34,315 bases of DNA from Candidatus Bathyarchaeia archaeon (GTDB taxonomy: Archaea; Thermoproteota; Bathyarchaeia; Bathyarchaeales; Bathycorpusculaceae), in contig JAVZNT010000011.1 in the NCBI GenBank assembly GCA_038882655.1, positions 1 to 34,315 on the forward strand. The letters are read 5' to 3'. The translations under genes and the position numbers were made by a program. A model generated the notes under the pieces. It made no database searches. It was not told the origin of the DNA and worked only from the letters and a program-made list of their open reading frames with translations. Positions within the stretch are counted from its first letter, which is position 1. Every line of letters begins with the position of its first letter. Shown piece after piece: positions 7,788 through 18,141 of this stretch.

Positions 7788-10166
7788 CTATACTTGCAGT
7801 TTTTGCCTTATGTTCTGTCGTTTCTCTTCCGCTAGTGGTCCAAACTTTTTGATTCTATCAGCGAACATCGCGAAGAGTTCTGCAGCCTTCTTGTAGACTG
7901 GCAATGGAACATAACTGTATCTGAGCCTCATTGTTTCTATGCCGAAGGCTGCAAGCTCTTTACCCATTTCTATCATGCGTTTCTTGGTGAACTTCTCGTC
8001 TATTTCCTCGCTTCCTTCGATTACCAGCACCCCGTCTGCCCCGTATGCAAATGCCATGAGAATTTGCTTCTTTCCGAGAATCGCTGTTGTTGGAACAGCA
8101 ACTATGCGGACGTTTTCCGGATAGTTTGCACGGTCAAGTCCTAAGAAGTCCATGCCCGTGTACCCAACATTCTTGTCGACGAAGGCTATTATTCGATTTT
8201 CTTCTGGTGTTTTGTCGGCTAAAACTCCTCTTATGGTGGCTTTTATTTGCTTTATTGTTGAGTTTTTGAAGTCTATTGCTTCTTGTGGGCATATGGGGAT
8301 GCATGCACCACAGCCAATGCACTGGAAGGGGTCTATTTTAGCTTTACCGTTCTGCAGTGTTATAGCGTTTACCGGGCAAATTTTTATGCATTCGCTACAT
8401 CCGTTGCACAAATCCGTGATGACGAAGGCTTTCTCTGGGCTGGTGGTTACGTACTCGCTTTTTAGGAATAAGGCTGCCCTTGCCGCTGCGCCTAGAGCAT
8501 CTGAAACGGTGTCTCTCACGTCTTTGGGGCTTAGGGCGCATCCACATGCGAAAATTCCTGTGACAAGCGAGTCTACCGGGTCGAGTTTTGGATGCTTCTC
8601 TGTTACGAAACCGTCTTCGCCTAGAGCTACTTTCATTTTTTCAGCCAGCTTCGCCAACCCGTCTGGCGGAACCATTGCAGTTGCCAAAGCTACCATGTCA
8701 AATTCGTCCTCTCTAGTTTCGCCAGTAAGCGTGTCTTCAGCTTGAACCACAAGCTTTCCATTGTTGTTTTTCCACACTTCGGCAACTTTTCCTCGGATGA
8801 AGATTACTCCGGCTTCTTGGTCTCGCCAGTACAAGTCCTCATAGCCCTTTCCGGTCGCCCTAATGTCCGTGTAGTAAATTGTTACGTCTATTCCCAGCAT
8901 TTTTTTGAGAACGAAGGCTTGTTTAAGGGCGTACATGCAGCATATTCGACTGCAGTATGGGATATGGTTCTTATCTCTTGAGCCAGCGCACAAAATTATG
9001 GCGATTTTGCGGACATCGCTTCCATCAGCCCTCTTAACATAGCCCCCTGTCGGTCCAGTTGCCGATGTAAGCCTCTCCAAGTCCATCATTGTTATAACGT
9101 CTTTGTAGATGCCATAGCCATAGTTTTCTAGTTTCCGCGCATCATAAAGCCTGTAGCCAGTAGCCAAAATTATGGCGCCAACATTTAACTCAACAATCTT
9201 GCCGGTGTCGTTTAAGTTTATGGCTTTTGCTGGGCAGTATTGTTCGCATTTTCCACATTTTGTGCATGCTTTGAAGTCTATGGCGTAGGCGGATGGAACG
9301 GCTTGTGGGAACTCTATGTAGGCTGCTTTTCGCTGGGATAAGCCCTCATTAAATTCGTCTGGAACTGTGACGGGACAAACTTTTGCGCATACACCACAAC
9401 TTCTACACTTCTCAACATCAACGCCTCGGGGCTTCATAAAGATGCGAACCGTGTAATTACCGGGGCGACCACTAACATCTTGCACCTCAGCATAAGTTAG
9501 CAAATTCACGTTGGGGTTTCTTCCAACCTCAGCCATTCTTGGCGTTAAAATGCACTGCGCACAGTCAAGCGTGGGAAACACCTTTGTTAGCTTTGCCATG
9601 TTTCCACCTATGCTGGGTTTTCGCTCAACAAGGTGAACCCTATAGCCAGAATACCCAAGCTGGAGAGCAGTCATTATGCCAGCTATTCCGCCGCCCACAA
9701 TAAGGATTTCCCTTGAGCCCTTCTCACTTATCATTTCTAGAGGCTCAAGTTCGAGGCTACGCTCGTATCCTCCCCTAATTAGGCTTATAGCTTTCCTTGT
9801 TGCTTCGGGATTTGGTTTTGGTCCATGAACCCATGAGTCCTGTTCCCTTATGTTCACAAATTCAAGCATGTAGGGATTTAGCCCAGCCCTTTCCAGCACG
9901 CTTTGGAATGTAGCCAAGTGCATTCTTGGCGTGCAGGAAGCCACCACAACTCTGTCGAGGTTTTCCTTTTTTATGGCTTCCGCAATCATTTCTTGGGCTG
10001 GCTTTGAGCACAAATATTTATGGTATTTGGCTACTGCAACACCTTCCCAGTTTTTGACAGCTTCAACAACCGCTTTAACGTCAACAACATCTCCGATATT
10101 GCCACCGCACTCGCATACAAAAATTCCTATGCGAGGTCTTCCTGCTTCATTCTTTTCCTCTGACAT
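7788..10166 (-). CDS. hdrA: Heterodisulfide reductase subunit A (HdrA-1) fused to a cysteine-less MvhD-like C-terminal domain
   Basis: GIFVCECGGNI, LCS, ASCTPR, NIREQDSWVH, GGGIAG, KVFPTLDCAQC, inserted 2x[4Fe-4S] domain, CAGSRD, YCSRICC, GCALSPKD, C-terminal 2x[4Fe-4S] domain, then an MvhD-like tail (YPENVRIV, AFAYGADGVLV). Confidence 0.93.
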   Translation of the reverse strand: MSEEKNEAGRPRIGIFVCECGGNIGDVVDVKAVVEAVKNWEGVAVAKYHKYLCSKPAQEMIAEAIKKENLDRVVVASCTPRMHLATFQSVLERAGLNPYMLEFVNIREQDSWVHGPKPNPEATRKAISLIRGGYERSLELEPLEMISEKGSREILIVGGGIAGIMTALQLGYSGYRVHLVERKPSIGGNMAKLTKVFPTLDCAQCILTPRMAEVGRNPNVNLLTYAEVQDVSGRPGNYTVRIFMKPRGVDVEKCRSCGVCAKVCPVTVPDEFNEGLSQRKAAYIEFPQAVPSAYAIDFKACTKCGKCEQYCPAKAINLNDTGKIVELNVGAIILATGYRLYDARKLENYGYGIYKDVITMMDLERLTSATGPTGGYVKRADGSDVRKIAIILCAGSRDKNHIPYCSRICCMYALKQAFVLKKMLGIDVTIYYTDIRATGKGYEDLYWRDQEAGVIFIRGKVAEVWKNNNGKLVVQAEDTLTGETREDEFDMVALATAMVPPDGLAKLAEKMKVALGEDGFVTEKHPKLDPVDSLVTGIFACGCALSPKDVRDTVSDALGAAARAALFLKSEYVTTSPEKAFVITDLCNGCSECIKICPVNAITLQNGKAKIDPFQCIGCGACIPICPQEAIDFKNSTIKQIKATIRGVLADKTPEENRIIAFVDKNVGYTGMDFLGLDRANYPENVRIVAVPTTAILGKKQILMAFAYGADGVLVIEGSEEIDEKFTKKRMIEMGKELAAFGIETMRLRYSYVPLPVYKKAAELFAMFADRIKKFGPLAEEKRQNIRQKLQV

Positions 10167-10261
10167 GGGCGAATGTCTCCAAATGGCATGATTGTTTAAA
10201 CCCTTAAAAGGGAAAATGCTTTTAAAATCTTATCCTTCAACTTTCAGCAAAGTGACATGAA

Positions 10262-11371
10262 ATGAACCCTCAAGAACTCGTTCAAAAGCACAAGCTTCTG
10301 GAATGCATCCAATGCGGCATGTGCACTGGAAGCTGCCCAGTCGCCAAAAAGGCAAACCTAAACATTAGACGTTACATGCGTGAAGTTTCCGCCTCTAGGA
10401 AGTTAGTGATACATCCGCCCAACGAGTTGTGGAGCTGCACAACATGCACAACTTGTGGTGTGCGTTGTCCTAAAGACTTGAATCCCTACGAGTTTCTTAT
10501 TGACATTAGAAGCATGGCTGTTGAGGAAGGACAAATAGCCCCAACCATAAGGGACGCCTTAGAAAGCATATTCAAAAACGGTAACCCATGGGGAAGGATT
10601 CGCGGGAAACGCACGGAGTGGAGTCAAGGCTTAAATGTCAAGCATATTTCCCAAGGGGCCGAAATCCTATTTTATGTTGGATGCACGCCAGCCTACGACC
10701 CACGAGTGCAAAGTGTTACAAAAAGCCTTGTGAAATGTTTTGAGGCCGCTGGACTTAATTTCGGAGTTTTAGGCGAAGAGGAAAAATGTTGTGGAAGCGA
10801 GGTATACGGCATGGGTGAAAAGGGACTTTTCGATTTCTTGGTTGAAGAGAACATGAAAATTTTTGGCAAGTATGACGTCAAACAGTTGGTTACAAGCTGC
10901 CCTCATGGTTTTCACGCCTTCAAGAATAGGTATAATCAAACAAGCTTTGAGCCCCTGCATCATACGCAGCTTTTGGCAAAGCTTATTGAAACTGGGAAGC
11001 TGACACCGTCAAAAGAAATGGCCAAAAAAGTGATTTATCATGACCCGTGTTACCTTGGCAAACAAAACAACATTTACGATGAACCCCGCAAGGCCATTGA
11101 AAGCATAAAGGGCGTAACGCTTCTAGAGTTTGACCGTTCAAGAAGCAGAAGCCTATGCTGCGAAGGGGGAGGCGGAAGAATGTGGGTTGACATTCCAGGA
11201 CCACGCTTAGCTGAAATCCGCGTCAAGGAAGCTGTATATGTAGGGGCCGACGTATTGGCTGTGGCTTGTCCCTTCTGCATGCTCACAATGGAAGATGCTG
11301 TAAAAACAACTGGTAATGAGGGTAAAATCCAAGTTATGGACGTGGCTGAGCTTTTGGCACTCGCTTTATAA
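10262..11371 (+). CDS. HdrD-like Fe-S oxidoreductase (2x[4Fe-4S] plus two CCG domains)
   Basis: CIQCGMCTGSCP and CTTCTTCGVRCP; GNPWG; CCG elements VGC/EKCCG/TSCPH and HDPC/LCCEGGGG/ACPFC. Divergent from hdrA-1. Confidence 0.88.
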   Translation: MNPQELVQKHKLLECIQCGMCTGSCPVAKKANLNIRRYMREVSASRKLVIHPPNELWSCTTCTTCGVRCPKDLNPYEFLIDIRSMAVEEGQIAPTIRDALESIFKNGNPWGRIRGKRTEWSQGLNVKHISQGAEILFYVGCTPAYDPRVQSVTKSLVKCFEAAGLNFGVLGEEEKCCGSEVYGMGEKGLFDFLVEENMKIFGKYDVKQLVTSCPHGFHAFKNRYNQTSFEPLHHTQLLAKLIETGKLTPSKEMAKKVIYHDPCYLGKQNNIYDEPRKAIESIKGVTLLEFDRSRSRSLCCEGGGGRMWVDIPGPRLAEIRVKEAVYVGADVLAVACPFCMLTMEDAVKTTGNEGKIQVMDVAELLALAL

Positions 11372-11406
11372 AACGCATATGTGCATATAGAATTTGAGGT
11401 TTATTA

Positions 11407-11547
11407 ATGGAGGAAGAAGAAACCTACCACTGTCTGCTTTGTGGCAGGGAAATCACAAGAGAGGAATACGAGATCTATGATGGGCTTTGTCCAGAATGTT
11501 ATGAACTTGAAATTGCCGAACTTGACATGGACTTTGAAGAAGACTAG
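11407..11547 (+). CDS. 46-aa acidic zinc-finger microprotein (CxxC-x15-CxxC), absent from the ORF track
   Basis: Translated by hand: MEEEETYHCLLCGREITREEYEIYDGLCPECYELEIAELDMDFEED*. GAGGT ribosome-binding site at 11396-11400. Confidence 0.75.
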   Translation: MEEEETYHCLLCGREITREEYEIYDGLCPECYELEIAELDMDFEED

Positions 11548-11608
11548 CGGCTCACAAAACAATTAAAAATGGCGTTGCAGCCAAATACTCAGTTAGGGTT
11601 GTTAGGGA

Positions 11609-12544
11609 ATGGAAGACTGGGAATTAATAATTATTGGCGCTGGCGTTGCTGGCTTAACGGCTGGAATCTACGCTGTTAGAAGCGGGTTAAAAGCGTTAAT
11701 TCTTGAGGAGAAGATTGCTGGTGGAACAGCCGCCGACGCCCCAATAATTGAGAACTATCCTGGTTTCGAGCGAATAAGTGGGCTTGAGCTTATGCAGAAA
11801 ATTGTGGCGCAGTGTAGAAGACTCGGCGCAGAAACCCGCGAGTTTGAAAAGGTTACGAGCCTAAACTTGAAGGGCGAGGAGAAAATTGTCGAAACTGCTA
11901 AAGCCGCCTATAAAAGTAAGGCTGTTATAATCGCCTCTGGTACAAGCTACACTGAGCTTGGCGTTCCGGGCGAAAAAGAGTTTCGTGGTAGAGGGGTAAG
12001 CTACTGTGGTATTTGTGATGGCCCCCTCTTTAAGGGTAAACGTGTCTTGGTGGTTGGCGGCGGCAACTCTGCTGTGGCTACAGCCCTCTATTTGGCTGAT
12101 TTGGCTTCAGAGGTTAAGGTGTCACATAGAAGGGACGCCTTTAGAGCCGAAGAGGCGCGTGTTAGGGCTTTATTGGAAAAGCCCAATGTCGAGGTTTTTT
12201 GGAATACTGAGTTGAAAGAGATTAAGGGTGAAAAGCTCGTCAGCAAGGTTGCACTTTTTAATTCCAAAACTGGTGCTGTCATGGAGCTTCCAATAGACGG
12301 AATTTTTGTTCAAGTCGGTGAAAGGCCTAACAGCCAACTCGCTAAGGAAGCTGGAGTGGCTGTGGACGAGCATGGCTACATAATTGTTGATGCTCGTCAA
12401 AGAACAAACATTCCCGGGGTTTATGCGGCTGGTGATGTTACTAATCATCCGGTTAAGCAAGTTGGGACGGCTGTTGGGCAGGGGATAACCGCCGCTTTAG
12501 AGGTTTATGGTTTTATTCGCAGACCTTACTATTTCAAGCAGTAA
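11609..12544 (+). CDS. trxB: Thioredoxin-disulfide reductase (low-Mr type)
   Basis: GAGVAG FAD motif, IENYPG, GRGVSYCGICDG redox CxxC, VGGGNSA, HRRDAFRA (NADPH-type), TNIPGVYAAGD. Confidence 0.92.
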   Translation: MEDWELIIIGAGVAGLTAGIYAVRSGLKALILEEKIAGGTAADAPIIENYPGFERISGLELMQKIVAQCRRLGAETREFEKVTSLNLKGEEKIVETAKAAYKSKAVIIASGTSYTELGVPGEKEFRGRGVSYCGICDGPLFKGKRVLVVGGGNSAVATALYLADLASEVKVSHRRDAFRAEEARVRALLEKPNVEVFWNTELKEIKGEKLVSKVALFNSKTGAVMELPIDGIFVQVGERPNSQLAKEAGVAVDEHGYIIVDARQRTNIPGVYAAGDVTNHPVKQVGTAVGQGITAALEVYGFIRRPYYFKQ

Positions 12545-12649
12545 TGCGCCAATTTTGCTCCAAAAATATTATATTGTTCTATGGTCTTTCATTCAGAACT
12601 TCTAGCGCTGATGCGTTTAAATAAGCAGCGGGTTTGGAGATATGATGGA

Positions 12650-13858
12650 ATGGGCGAAGAACAAACGGTTGTTGTATTTATAAACCAAGATTACTGTAGT
12701 CGCTGTTCCATATGTTATTCTATATGCCCCTATGAAGCCATTAAACGAGATGCTGAAACTGGCAAGGTGGAGATAGACCTCCAGAAGTGCCAAGTGTGCG
12801 GGATATGCTACAGTGCATGTCCAGTTTTCGCCATAGAAATTGTCTACTACGATTATGAAAGTTTGGTAGACTATGTGGAAAGCGAGCGGAAAAGAACTGG
12901 AACTGAAACGCTTGTGCTCATGTGCCGTGGGAACTCGCCTTCAACAAGGGAAGTTGAGGAGATTTTGACTGAGCAGGGTTTAAGCATAAAGGAGTACATC
13001 CCACTTCGTTTGCCATGTTCCGGGCGAGTTCCAACAGAATTCATATTCAAGGTTTTGGGTTCTGGCATTAGAAATGTTGTTTCAATTCAATGTGAGGATT
13101 TGTTCTGTCGCTTCAAAGAAGGCACAAAAATCAACACGAGGCGGCTTTTCCTTGGAAGAAGGGTTCTTGAAGAGCTGGGCTTCAGCAAAGACGCTGTCAG
13201 AGTTGTTAAATATTCTCGGAAAGCTGTTTATGATACTGCAAAGTGTGTTGGCTGCGACAAATGTGTCTTTATATGTCCATACGCCGCTATAGAAGCGGAG
13301 CCTTTCACCACGCCAAAAATCCTAAGCGACTATTGTATGGGCTGTGGCGCATGTGCTTTAGTCTGTCCACATCATGCAATTCAGGTTAAGGGCTTTGAGT
13401 TTGAGAATGTCTTGAGGCGTTATGGTGATTCAGCGATTAGGCTGAAGGCTGAGGGCAAATCACCCCTAATTCTTGTCTTTAGTTGTCAGTGGTCTGAGTT
13501 TTCCGCCCTTGATAATCCGGAGGGCGTTCTCTTCAAGCGGAATGTTGTTATGCTTGAGGTTCCATGCTTCAAAGCTCTTGATCCAGTTCACGTTGTCAAT
13601 GCGCTGGAAAATGGCTTTGACGGGGTTATGGCTGTTGTGTGTTCCGCTGAGGATTGCAAGCTTCAAGAGGGGCGCGACACAGCTGAGAGAAACATGACTG
13701 TGCTTAAGGATGTTTTAAAGAAGATGGGCCTAATTGAGCGTTTTGAGCTTTATGAGGCGTCTCCAAGGGATGCTGGGAAATTTGAGGAGAGACTTGAAGA
13801 TTTTGTGAGGATGATTGCGGCTTTACCGCCAATAAAACCTTTGAAAATGGAGGCTTAG
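12650..13858 (+). CDS. Polyferredoxin-like protein with tandem (2x[4Fe-4S] ferredoxin + MvhD/FlpD domain) x2
   Basis: Four CxxCxxCxxxCP motifs in two pairs, each pair followed by an MvhD-like domain (LMC..LPCSGRV..QCEDLFC; FSCQW..VPC..GFDGV..VCSAEDC). Start ATG 12650 (MGEEQ) preferred over 12581. Confidence 0.85.
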   Translation: MGEEQTVVVFINQDYCSRCSICYSICPYEAIKRDAETGKVEIDLQKCQVCGICYSACPVFAIEIVYYDYESLVDYVESERKRTGTETLVLMCRGNSPSTREVEEILTEQGLSIKEYIPLRLPCSGRVPTEFIFKVLGSGIRNVVSIQCEDLFCRFKEGTKINTRRLFLGRRVLEELGFSKDAVRVVKYSRKAVYDTAKCVGCDKCVFICPYAAIEAEPFTTPKILSDYCMGCGACALVCPHHAIQVKGFEFENVLRRYGDSAIRLKAEGKSPLILVFSCQWSEFSALDNPEGVLFKRNVVMLEVPCFKALDPVHVVNALENGFDGVMAVVCSAEDCKLQEGRDTAERNMTVLKDVLKKMGLIERFELYEASPRDAGKFEERLEDFVRMIAALPPIKPLKMEA

Positions 13859-13862
13859 CCCT

Positions 13863-16098
<2,236 letters not shown>

Positions 16099-16100
16099 GG

Positions 16101-16254
16101 TCAAATTTAGGCGTCGGCTAAAGCCTAAATTTGATACCCTCTCTATACATTTTTTGGCTTGGAAAAAAGCCAATAGCATCCCTCCCTCTATAGATTTTAA
16201 ATTGCGAAAATGGCTTCGAAAAACAGCCTAAAGTGACTACCCCCTCCCCTCTAG
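16101..16254. repeat. Three degenerate units of [GGC...GCC hairpin + CCCTC(C/T)C(C)T(A/C)TA tract]; first hairpin may terminate nfnB
   Basis: Perfect 12-bp inverted repeat TCAAATTTAGGC/GCCTAAATTTGA (16101-16134), TTGGCTT/AAGCCAA (16154-16173) and GGCT/AGCC (16212-16228), each followed by a CCCTC-rich pyrimidine box. Confidence 0.6.
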
Positions 16255-16321
16255 CTTTTCTCGTGCCCCATGCCAAGCTGAGGTGTTTTTGCATAAAATT
16301 TTAACCCCAAACCCAAAGGTG

Positions 16322-16570
16322 TTAGGGTTTATTGACCTCGTTTAAGATTTTAATGATCCTGCCGAGAAGATACAGTGTTGGGATCATAGACAGTACAATA
16401 TACATGTAACTAAATGGGTCGTAAACAAACGGAACGCCTTGTTGCTCTGCAATTTCTTGTTGAATCCTCCAGACTTCCATTATGTTCCATGTGGTATATA
16501 TCGTAAATCCGAGACAAATAAAAAAGGCAATTACAGTTGTAAACAGTTCACCTTTTTTCTCTGCTCTCAC
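16322..16570 (-). CDS. Small two-TM membrane protein, unknown function
   Basis: 82 aa with hydrophobic segments LFTTVIAFFICLGFTIYTTW and YMYIVLSMIPTLYLLGRII. Confidence 0.6.
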   Translation of the reverse strand: MRAEKKGELFTTVIAFFICLGFTIYTTWNIMEVWRIQQEIAEQQGVPFVYDPFSYMYIVLSMIPTLYLLGRIIKILNEVNKP

Positions 16571-16766
16571 GCTTACACTCTACCTGTATGCAATAAGCTA
16601 ATGTTGATAATTAATTTTTACCCCAAAACCCACCCGTTACCCACACCCTACCCTGTCACAGACACACAGTCAGCCAGCCCCAGTCACAGTCAGTCAAATA
16701 AACACGAACGGACGACAAACCGCAAAATTTACTTTAAATGCATGTATAATTAATATTTGATGAAGG

Positions 16767-17390
16767 ATGCCTCAATGCGAATATTGTGGGAAAGAAGTAG
16801 ACCTCCCTTTTGAATGCAAATTTTGCGGAGGATATTATTGTTTAGAACATAGGCTTCCAGAAAGTCACAGCTGTCCAAACCTACCGCCTAGAACACCTTT
16901 AGGAAGTTGGCAAACAAAAAAGGAAATAGCTATTGCACATGCTGAAGAGAAAAAGGGTAAATTTGTATCAGAAGGAGAACTACATTTTATTAAGGAAGAA
17001 GGCAAAAGTGAAAGAAAGGAAGTAAGAAAGCCATTTCCAACAAAGAAAGTTGTTGGTGTATTGATATTAGTCTCAGTAATGGGTGTGTTGATTTGGCAGC
17101 TGCCTGTAATACTCTCTTATTTTCAGAATCTCTCTTACAAGAAGCTAACAATCACCAACGGACAAATTCAAGATGTTGAATTCAACGGTAACAAGTTCGG
17201 GATACTATATTCACATGACCCTTCTGCTGGTGATTACCACACCCTAGCAGTGGCTACCCCTGCTTTTCAAGTAAGAATATACAGGCATGTGTATAAGTCT
17301 CAAGTAATCCATTGCGACTTAGGCTTAGAAATAAAAGTGGATGAAGTGACGGATTCATACATTACGATTTATGTTAAACCTTCATACTAA
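16767..17390 (+). CDS. AN1-type zinc-finger membrane protein
   Basis: N-terminal CEYC...PFECKFCGGYYCLEHRLPESHSC matches the archaeal zf-AN1 pattern; single TM VVGVLILVSVMGVLIW; unknown C-terminal beta domain. Confidence 0.8.
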   Translation: MPQCEYCGKEVDLPFECKFCGGYYCLEHRLPESHSCPNLPPRTPLGSWQTKKEIAIAHAEEKKGKFVSEGELHFIKEEGKSERKEVRKPFPTKKVVGVLILVSVMGVLIWQLPVILSYFQNLSYKKLTITNGQIQDVEFNGNKFGILYSHDPSAGDYHTLAVATPAFQVRIYRHVYKSQVIHCDLGLEIKVDEVTDSYITIYVKPSY

Positions 17391-17495
17391 CCAGAATAGC
17401 ATATATAGATAAAACAACCCTAAACTTCTATACCTAAATATCTAAACGCTTAATAATCCTTAAAACGCGTTCTCTAAAAGTCAAATATTCCTTAA

Positions 17496-17747
17496 TCATG
17501 TTGTTTTGGCTTCGTAACGGTAAACAATTCTCGGAATGGACTTATAACTGTTTGGATTAATGGGTTTAGGACTTACCCTTAAAGTGCAATAGCCTTTAAT
17601 GGCTTGCATACACATCCACTTCCATAAATTTCGGTTGCTCCTAACGATTCCTATCCATGCAATAACCTTTAACACGCTACTCCAACGCCGCATAGGCTTA
17701 TCAAAAACCACATGATAATGCCTAAGGCTAAACTTCGCCTTATCCAT
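17496..17747 (-). pseudogene. Probable truncated gene remnant (83 aa; YHVVF and TLRVSPK motifs)
   Basis: Short ORF that starts just before a HYHVVF motif, with no upstream in-frame extension. It reads like the C-terminal half of a larger protein. Family not securely identified. Confidence 0.35.
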
Positions 17748-17879
17748 TACACAGTCATCCCTTTATCAAACACTAGGCTGATTTTAAAGTTATAGGTTTA
17801 ATCAATTTTGGAAATGCTGTTTATTTTTAGGTAAACTTTTAATCTTCGCTGCCGATTTTTCAAGGTGCGGTGCTTTGGC

Positions 17880-18059
17880 TTGGTTACCCTATATCTCGAC
17901 AAGATTTTTAACCCTAAAAGCGTGTCTGTTGTGGGCGCCAGCGACGGAAGGCTCTGTAGGCTACGCCCTAATGAAAAATTTTATAGAGTCTGGCTTTGAA
18001 GGGGAAGTTTACCCAGTAAACATCCGCGAAAAGAGATTTTAGACGTTAAGGCTTACTAA
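17880..18059 (+). pseudogene. Frameshifted 5' fragment of an ADP-forming acyl-CoA ligase (paralogue of 21730..24492)
   Basis: TTG-VTLYLDKIFNPKSVSVVGASD/(frameshift)/EGSVGYALMKNFIESGFEGEVYPVNIRE/(frameshift)/EILDVKAY-TAA aligns by eye with the N-terminus of the intact gene, 41 of 60 positions identical. Confidence 0.88.
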
Positions 18060-18141
18060 AATGTGGGAATTATACGACCAAAATATCTTAGTATTAGGGA
18101 TGGGCTCCTTATTGTTGGAGCTTTGAAACTTTTTGGCTTGG

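Noticed and set aside
16101-16254. Possible CRISPR mini-array
   Set aside because: Units are degenerate and unequal in length, there are no identical repeats with unique spacers, and no cas genes are present.
16439-16753. 104-aa plus-strand ORF across the C-rich tract
   Set aside because: Antisense to the two-TM gene and then runs through low-complexity DNA; no protein-like features.
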